64,000 bases of DNA from the human T2T-CHM13v2.0 reference genome, Homo sapiens: the NCBI RefSeq assembly GCF_009914755.1, contig NC_060938.1. The stretch is one strand, 5' to 3'. Of this stretch, positions 59,400-64,000 are shown piece by piece. Position 1 is the stretch's first letter. The number at the start of each line of letters is the position of its first letter. The position numbers and the translations under genes are program-made. The notes below the pieces were generated by a model, which saw only the letters and a program-made list of their open reading frames with translations, searched no databases and was not told the DNA's origin.

Positions 59400-61820
59400 C
59401 AGGAGGAAGAAGAGAGATTAGGCTGGCTGTCCAATGGACACAGCTTTATTCTGGAACGGTGAACCCAGTGGGGAGGATCCTGCAGGTGGATGGCAGTTGG
59501 GGTACTATAGATGACTAAGTAGGGTCTGGTCCATCAAGGTTGTAGAATTTGAGGGGTCAGATTCTTAACAAGAACTGATTGTCCAGGTAGGGTGTCTTCA
59601 TATGGCTGAGAATCTGGAGTAGGCAAGAGAAGATTAGCAGCCTGGCAAATTTCCTGTCTATCCTGCCGGAGGACTGGAAGATAGTTGCCTAGAGGACTGC
59701 TGTCTGGGACGAGGTTGGGGCTGAGCAAGAAAGTGCGTCCACATAAAAGTTCAAATGGGCTGTACCCTGTAGCATCTCAAGGACAGGCTCTAATTCTGAG
59801 AAGGGCAAGAGGTAAAAGTACTGTCCAGTCCTTTTTAAGTTGGAGGCTGAGCTTGGTGAGGTGTGTTTTTAAAAGACCATTAGTCTGTTCTACCTTTCCT
59901 GAAGATTGAGGACGGTAAGAGATATGAAGGTTCCACTGAATACCAAGAGCCTGAGAAACTGCTTGGGTGATTTGACTAGTAAAGGCCGGTCCATTATCGG
60001 ACTCTATAGAGGTGGGAAGGCCAAACCGAGGAATTATGTCTGACAGAAGGGAAGAAGTGACTGCGGTGGCCTTCTCAGACCCTGTGGGAAAGGCCTCTAC
60101 CCATCCAGTGAAAGTGTCTACCCAGACCAAGAGGTATTTTAGTTTCCTGACTCGGGGCATGTGAGTAAAGTCAATTTGCCAGTCCTGGGCAGGGGCAAAT
60201 CCCCGAGCTTGATGTGAAGGGAAGGGAGGGGGTCTGAACAATCCCTGAGGGGTAGTAGAATAGCAGATGGAACACTGGGAAGTGATTTCCTTGAGGATAG
60301 ATTTCCACTATGGAAAGGAAATGAGAGGTTCTAAGAGACGGGCTAGCGGCTTGTAACCTACATGGAAGAGGTTATGAAATGATGACAGAATACAATGGGT
60401 CTGTGAGGCTGGAAGGAGATATTTTCCTTGGTCTAAGAACCATTTGCCTTGTGTGGGAAGAGATTGATAGGTGGAAGTTTCAATGGGGGAGTAGGTGGGA
60501 GTGACCAATGAGAAGGAGAAAAACTGCCATGAGGGACAGAAGTTGGAAAGCTAGCTGCTTCTTTAGCTACCTTATCAGCATAAGTGTTGCCCAGAGCAAT
60601 GGGATCTGATGCCTTTTGATGGCCCTTGCAGTGAATGACTCCAGCTTCCTTTGGAAGTAAAGTGGTCTTGAGAAGAGTTTTTATTAAGGAGACACTAATG
60701 ATGGAGGACCCTTGTACAGTGAGGAAACCTTTCTCAGCCTATATAACAGCATGGTGGTACAGGATATGGAAGGCATATTTAGAGTCAGTATAAATATTGA
60801 TGCGTAGTCCCTTTGCAATAGTGAGGGCCTGAGTTAAGGCAGTGAGTTCGGCTTGCTGAGAGGTAGTGCAGGGGGGGCAGAGCAGTAGCCTCAATGATAG
60901 ATGTGGAAGATACTACTACAGCATAGCCTGCTTTTGCTGGTGAGTGGCGATTAGGCCTGGTGGAACTGCCATCAATAAACCAAATGTGATCAGGGTGAGG
61001 AACAGGAAAGAAGGAAATATGGGGAAATGGGGTGAATGTCAGGTAGATCAGAGAGATATAGTCATGGGGGTCAGGTGTAGTATCCAGAATAATGTGGGAG
61101 CCCGGATTGAAGTCTGGGCCAGGAACAATGGTAATTGTGGGAGACTCAACAAAGAGTGAGTATAGCTGAAGGAGCCAGGGAGCAGAAAGTATATGCATCA
61201 GGTGTGAGGAAGAAAATGAAGAAAATAGATTTTGGAAGTTATGAGAGCTGTAGAGAGTGAGTTGAGCATAGTTCATGATTTTGAGGGCCTCTGAAAGTAT
61301 TAGGGCAGTGGCAGCCACTGCACGGAGGCATGATGGCCAGCCTAAAACAGTAAGGTCAAGTTGTTTGGACAAAAAGGCTACAGGGTGCATTCCCAGTCCT
61401 TGTGTAAGAATTCTGACTGCACAGCCCTGCACTTCGGCTGTGTGCAATGAAAAGGGTTGGGATGAGTCAGGGAGAGCTAGGGTGGGAGCAGTCTCTAAAG
61501 CTGTCTTCAAGCAACGGAAAGAGGAGTGGGGAAAGGATTTAGGATCTATGGGGTCAGCTAGGTTTCCATTTGTGAGTTTATATAATGGTTTTGTTAGGAT
61601 GGCAAAACCAGGTATCCAAAGGCAAAAGTATCCAACCATGCCTAGGAAGGAAAGGAGTTGTTGTTTTGTAGAAGGTGTTGGCATTTGAGAGATCAGTTGG
61701 ACATGATCGGCAGGGAGAGCACGTGTGTTACCTATTGAGGTAGGTAACAGATGGAGAAGAAATTTGAGCTTTGGATGGGGATACCCGATATCCTTTGGAG
61801 AATAAACGTTGAAGGAGCAG
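59400..61820 (-). pseudogene. HERV-H pol, 3' part (RT thumb/connection, RNase H, integrase)
   Basis: KQQLLSFLGMVGYF, WFIDGSS, DWQIDFTHMP, SDNGPAF and GKVE motifs across ORFs 60785..61858, 60308..60508 and 59777..60241. Confidence 0.92.
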
Positions 61821-61857
61821 GAGGACAGGGGATTGATCTCCCAAGGGAGGTCCCCCA

Positions 61858-61875
61858 ATCTGAGTCACGGCACCA
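61858..61875 (-). promoter_or_regulatory. tRNA-His primer-binding site
   Basis: TGGTGCCGTGACTCAGAT 2 nt downstream of the 5' LTR; one mismatch to the tRNA-His 3' end. Confidence 0.92.
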
Positions 61876-63947
61876 AATTTCACACGCGTCCATGTGAAGA
61901 GACCACCAAACAGGCTTTGTGTGAGCAATAAAGCTTTTTAATCACCTGGGTGCAGGCGGGCTGAGTCTGGAAAGAGAGTCAGCGAAGGGAGATAGGGGTG
62001 GGGCCGTTTTATAGGATTTGGGTAGGTAGTGGAAAATTACAGTCAAAGGAGGTTGTTCTCTGGCTGGCAGGGGTGGGGGTCACAAGGTGCTCAGTGGGGG
62101 AGCTTTTGAGCCAGGATGAGCCAGGAGAAGGAATTTCACAAGGTAATGTCATCAGTTAAGGCAGGAGCCGGCCATTTTCACTTCTTTTTTAATTTCCAAT
62201 TACTTCAGGCCATCTGGATGTACACGTGCAGGTCACAGGGGTTACGATGGCTTAGCTTAGGCTCAGAGGCTTGACAGAAATGTGCTCCCCCAAATTATAA
62301 GAGGCGTGCCTACGGGTCCAAACCCAAAGAATGGGCTAAGAGACCAGAAGAAGTACAGCGAAAGTGAAACTTGACTGTCAGTCTTGCAAGATCAGGTGTC
62401 CATTGAGCAGGCACATCTGGTACAGTTACAGCAATCAATTTATCCCCTAGTGCGCAAGTCCCTCCCCCGGTTCCTGTAGGCTGAGCACTGTGGGGTTACA
62501 ATCTTCCTGGACGTAGTCACCTAAGTTTCTTTTCTTGTTTTTTATTGGTCGTTGGGTTGGGGCTTTTGGTACTTTCTTCAGGGTCTTCTTGCTGCATTTT
62601 GTTGCAGCCCTTAATGCATTGTAATTGTAGTCAGCTCTGGGACTCTTCAAGTATTTGACCTATGACCCAGGGGGTTAAGCGAGCTGTTAGGAATAGACAA
62701 GGTGAGCTATTTTTGCAAGCTAGTAAACTTCCATTCTAAGCTAAATCCTCTGGTTTGGGTGAGGGTAACTAAAGGGTCCCAATAAGCAGGCACTGGCTAT
62801 TAAAGCAGGGCCCTAGGGTATCCTGTTCTTCTATAGCTTACAGGTCGAAGTGTATTCAAGGTATTTTGTCTTGAAAATGGACCACCATATATGTTGTTTT
62901 CTACAGCTAGGTTACATCCACAGGGACTCAAATATAGAAGTATGGAGTTCTTCTCAGGCCGTATTTAGTTTGCTTTAACAGCAAACTAACAGTCAGTAGC
63001 TTCACACTGAAACAGACAGACGACAGGGAAGTCCACAGGCTTCCCTTCCCCACAAGGTGTGGCAAAGGGAGGGAGAATACTTAGAAGACTTAAAGAAGAT
63101 TACAGAGTTCAAAGCCAGGGCACTAAACAGAGTTTTCTAAACTGATCAGCTGTTTCAATCCATCCTGCATGGGTGACTATTCAGGCTGAGCCAAGCCACC
63201 ATTTCAACATGTCCTGTGTGGGTATCTATTCGGTTGGAGCTGATGAAGTTAGTGAAAACCAAAAGAAAGGAAGGAGGGAGGAAGAAGAAGGAAAAATAAA
63301 AACACAACAAATAGGGGACAGGAGAGGAGGGAAAGCATAGCTTAGAGGGGTGGCAAGGAGTCTTGGGGAGGCTGGAGGAAAACTCCCAGTTGCAGCAATA
63401 CTAAACCGAAGTTTCAGACAGCTGCCCATCAGCTGCAGAGGGGTCCGGCCATCATGCTGGCTCACAAGCCTCCCGCTTGGGAGAGAAAAATGTTCCCCAT
63501 GTCCTGTGGACCTGCATTGGTTGCCGGAGAATCTCTTATAAACCAGACTCTTTGGCTCCCCATGTAATGGAAATTGACATGGGGCCAAGTGGATTTCCTA
63601 GACAAGGGTTTTATTTCAGGGCTTGTGCTCAAGAGCAAGGGAGACAGTGGAAGTGCAAGAATCCTCCCACTGGTTTTCTAAAAAGCATTGGTAGGGATTG
63701 TTTTATTAGGCAAAGAGCGGGAATTGACATCAGGGGTAAGGTGTGCAGGCTGGGCTGGGCAGAGCATGTTAAAGGTAAGGTACACAGGTCAGCATAGCCG
63801 GTTGTGATGGTTACCTTGAGTAACAGGCCACCTGGTGGTCTGGCCCGCGGCAACAATGCTGTAAATCAATAGTTCAGCATTCCTTCTTGAGTAGGGACAC
63901 TCCACAACCTTGGTTCGATTTTGGATACCCTTAGGCCAGTTTCTGGA

Positions 63948-64000
63948 ATTTTTTTTTTTTTTTTGAGACGGAATCTTGCTCTGTTGCCAGGCAGGAGTGC
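63948..64000 (-). mobile_element. Alu (runs off the window)
   Basis: Poly-T followed by gagacggaatcttgctctgttgccagg. Confidence 0.85.

Larger units (their letters stand above)
56696..62276 (-). mobile_element. HERV-H provirus, 5.58 kb: 5' LTR7 61878-62276, 3' LTR7 56696-57145
   Basis: LTR7 sequence (tgtcaggcctctgagcccaagctaagcc), His PBS, pol and env homology, perfect 5-bp TSD GAAAT. Confidence 0.96.
56685..62905 (-). mobile_element. ERV1-class solo LTR (family unassigned): 56685-56695 plus 62277-62905
   Basis: TSD GCTA at 56681-56684 and 62906-62909; ends in CA; split by the HERV-H about 10 bp from one end. Confidence 0.65.
56322..62980 (-). mobile_element. MER57A-like solo LTR split into 56322-56684 and 62906-62980
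   Basis: Halves rejoin as ...actaagcta|ggttaca...; outer TSD gcac/gcaa. Confidence 0.75.

Noticed and set aside
60785-61858. 357-aa ORF as a functional polymerase
   Set aside because: Starts at TTG in the PBS, lacks the RT catalytic palm and frameshifts inside RNase H.

Overview
Human or great-ape genomic DNA from inside the UNC79 gene (+ strand; auxiliary subunit of the NALCN sodium-leak channel complex). Seven consecutive internal coding exons (21297-40006) join in one open frame with canonical AG/GT boundaries. The rest is intron, mostly transposon-derived. Positions 1-19 kb are layered antisense L1 remnants, Alus and a full-length MaLR provirus. From 41.4 kb to the end is a nested stack of endogenous retroviruses whose innermost member is an unusual HERV-H (56696-62276) that has lost leader/gag/pro but kept RNase H, integrase and the full env span. 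Best leads: this HERV-H and its truncated SU ORF, a five-level LTR nest, two locally templated duplications (about 270 bp direct, about 95 bp inverted), a recursive-splice-site motif at an in-frame exon, tandem B-box-like Cys/His motifs in UNC79, and a closely spaced inverted Alu pair. I see no evidence of a wholly new biological system. Repeat family names come from my memory of consensus sequences and need Dfam/RepeatMasker confirmation.
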